From NCBI GenBank assembly GCA_965645245.1, contig OZ287082.1, positions 1,054,001 through 1,118,000 of the forward strand: a stretch of 64,000 nucleotides of DNA. The letters run 5' to 3'. The DNA is from Massalongia carnosa (taxonomy: Eukaryota). The notes beneath the pieces are model-generated. The model saw only the letters and a program-made list of their open reading frames with translations, was not told where the DNA came from and did no database searches. A program made the position numbers and the translations under genes. Positions 62,179-64,000 of this stretch are shown in pieces. Positions within the stretch are counted from its first letter, which is position 1, and each line of letters opens with the position of its first letter.

Positions 62179-64000
62179 TGTTAAATGGTGAGGCTACCAT
62201 CGGTTAGATGGTTAGGCTACCATCAATAACTATAGGCATCCATCGTGAGTCCCACGGGTGCCTGCCAGGCATCTATAAGAGGTGCCTAACAGGCAGCTAT
62301 GGAAGTGCCTAACAGGCAGCTATGGGAGGCCTACAGCATTACTGTTATGTGACTGCTATAAAAGCAGGTAGATAGCCCACATAGATAATTACCTTCAATG
62401 ACAATCATGCTACTATACCTACACGTGATTTTACTATTCATTAGGTTATGAGCCCGGCTTACTTCTGCTACGTCTGAAAAGCCTCCACATTGATTGCCAA
62501 CCAACTTACCTCCATCCCTCCATCTACTCCATTCTATACTATATATATTCCCTACCTCTGTCCGCGCCAAAGTCAAAGCATCAGTCCATTCCACAGGGTC
62601 ACTGCCCTATTCCTCATTTCGTCTTCCTTGTAGCATCATGGCTAAAGGGGAGAGCCTATACACGTTCCCCAAACTGATGGGGAGCGGGACTATAAGAAAT
62701 GGTCCAGAAACATGGCCTTCGCCCTGCAGGAAACGGAACTTTGGAGTTATGTTACTGGGGCCCGGAAAATACCTCAAACACCGGATTAGCTCGATAAGCG
62801 GGATCAACGGGACCTTGGAACGACTGGAGTTCGAGGAAAAGCAAAGAAGAGTAGTAGGAAAGATAGGCAAGATGTGCACGGACGACGTGCAGCAAGAATT
62901 CTTGTCGATGAGGGACCTAGCCAACGGTGAGATCTGGAATCCCAAGGACCTCTGGGAGCATTTGAAGACCCGTTATACATTGAAGAACTGGAGTGCTAAG
63001 TGGAGCACCTTCAACCGGCTAGAGGAGATCAATTATGAAAAGTGCAAGACCATTGAGGAGTACGGTAGCCTGGTCAGAGATATCAAGGCTGAGATCAACG
63101 ACATTTCCCTCTCTGTCGAGCAAATAGTGGTGCTCAAGCTTCTCAATGGACTCGGTAGTTCATTCAGCACCTACCTGACCATCCTGAACGAACAGGCCCG
63201 GCGGGAGGATAAATTCCCTGCGCTGGATGGACTACTGAAGAACCTGGAGGACGAAGAAGCTCGAATGCGCCAGGACCCTATTGCCATAGCTAACATGCTG
63301 AAGGCAAAGAAGAATAAGAACCCCACTGAAGAGGGTAAGAGCAAATGTAAATATTGTGGTTATAACCACTCCGGGAAATGCAGGCATAGCAACGCCACAT
63401 GTAGGAAATGTGGTAAGACCGGCCACCTGGAACGCGTTTGCGAAGACAAAGGAGGTAATGAAACCTCGAAACCCCATATAGTTTGTACAGTAAGGGAATG
63501 TTCTGGGAAAAGAACCCAGGAAACACCGCTTATTTGTATGGCAAATCTGTACCGAGGCCCCAAGAATGCCCACGATCTATTGATCGACTCTGGTGCCACT
63601 GCGCACATTATATGCAATAAAGATCTCTTTCAAGAAGGGACCTTTCGGAGCGAAAATAGCTGTTTAGAAACAGGTTCCGGAGAGGTGTTATCGACAGAGG
63701 GGAAAGGCTCTCTACTCGTATCACTGGACAATGGAAATGGAGGTGTAACGGACCTCATTTTGACCAACGTCCTTTTCGCCCCCGACCTAAAATTCAACCT
63801 CATCAGTACAATACAACTTGGCAAAAAGGGCATATCAACGTACCTAATGGCGGACGACGAGCCCGCTCAACTGGTGCATAAAGGAAAGTTGGTTGGACTG
63901 GCCAAAACAATAAATAATCAGTATGTTTTGCAGACAACCACTATTAGCCCTACCGAAGCACGGGCCCTCACCACCACGAACGGTACAAAGGCCCCTATCC
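62179..64000 (+). mobile_element. Ty1/Copia retrotransposon, 5' part running off the window
   Basis: Putative LTR about 62179-62440, PBS GGTTATGAGCCC at 62444, gag from ATG 62638 (frame slip near 62687), CRKCGKTGHLERVC knuckle and LLIDSGATAH protease. Confidence 0.88.

Overview
Intron-containing fungal (ascomycete-type) genomic DNA, mostly a dense nest of transposable elements: Tc1/mariner-type, PIF/Harbinger, piggyBac, pogo, Gypsy, Copia, a Ngaro tyrosine-recombinase retroelement, MITEs and solo LTRs. Many ends and target-site duplications (TSDs) can be read directly. Embedded in the nest is a TE-free ~9 kb island (about 20.2-29.1 kb) that looks like an intact dikaritin-type fungal RiPP cluster. 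It has a signal-peptide precursor with nine Kex2-type repeats (KR-ANPKFDYPGSPDE-xx), a divergently transcribed DUF3328/UstYa-like oxidase with two HxxHC motifs, a UstT-like MFS transporter and a secreted S28 serine peptidase. I do not recognise the core peptide as any characterised dikaritin. Other host-like genes are a divergent SNF2-type helicase and an SRPK-like kinase. Two DD37E transposons have CACGCG ends and 5-bp TSDs instead of TA. A 5-kb TIR element with a 2-bp TSD carries cargo but no recognisable transposase. All family assignments come from motif recognition by eye; no database searches were run.
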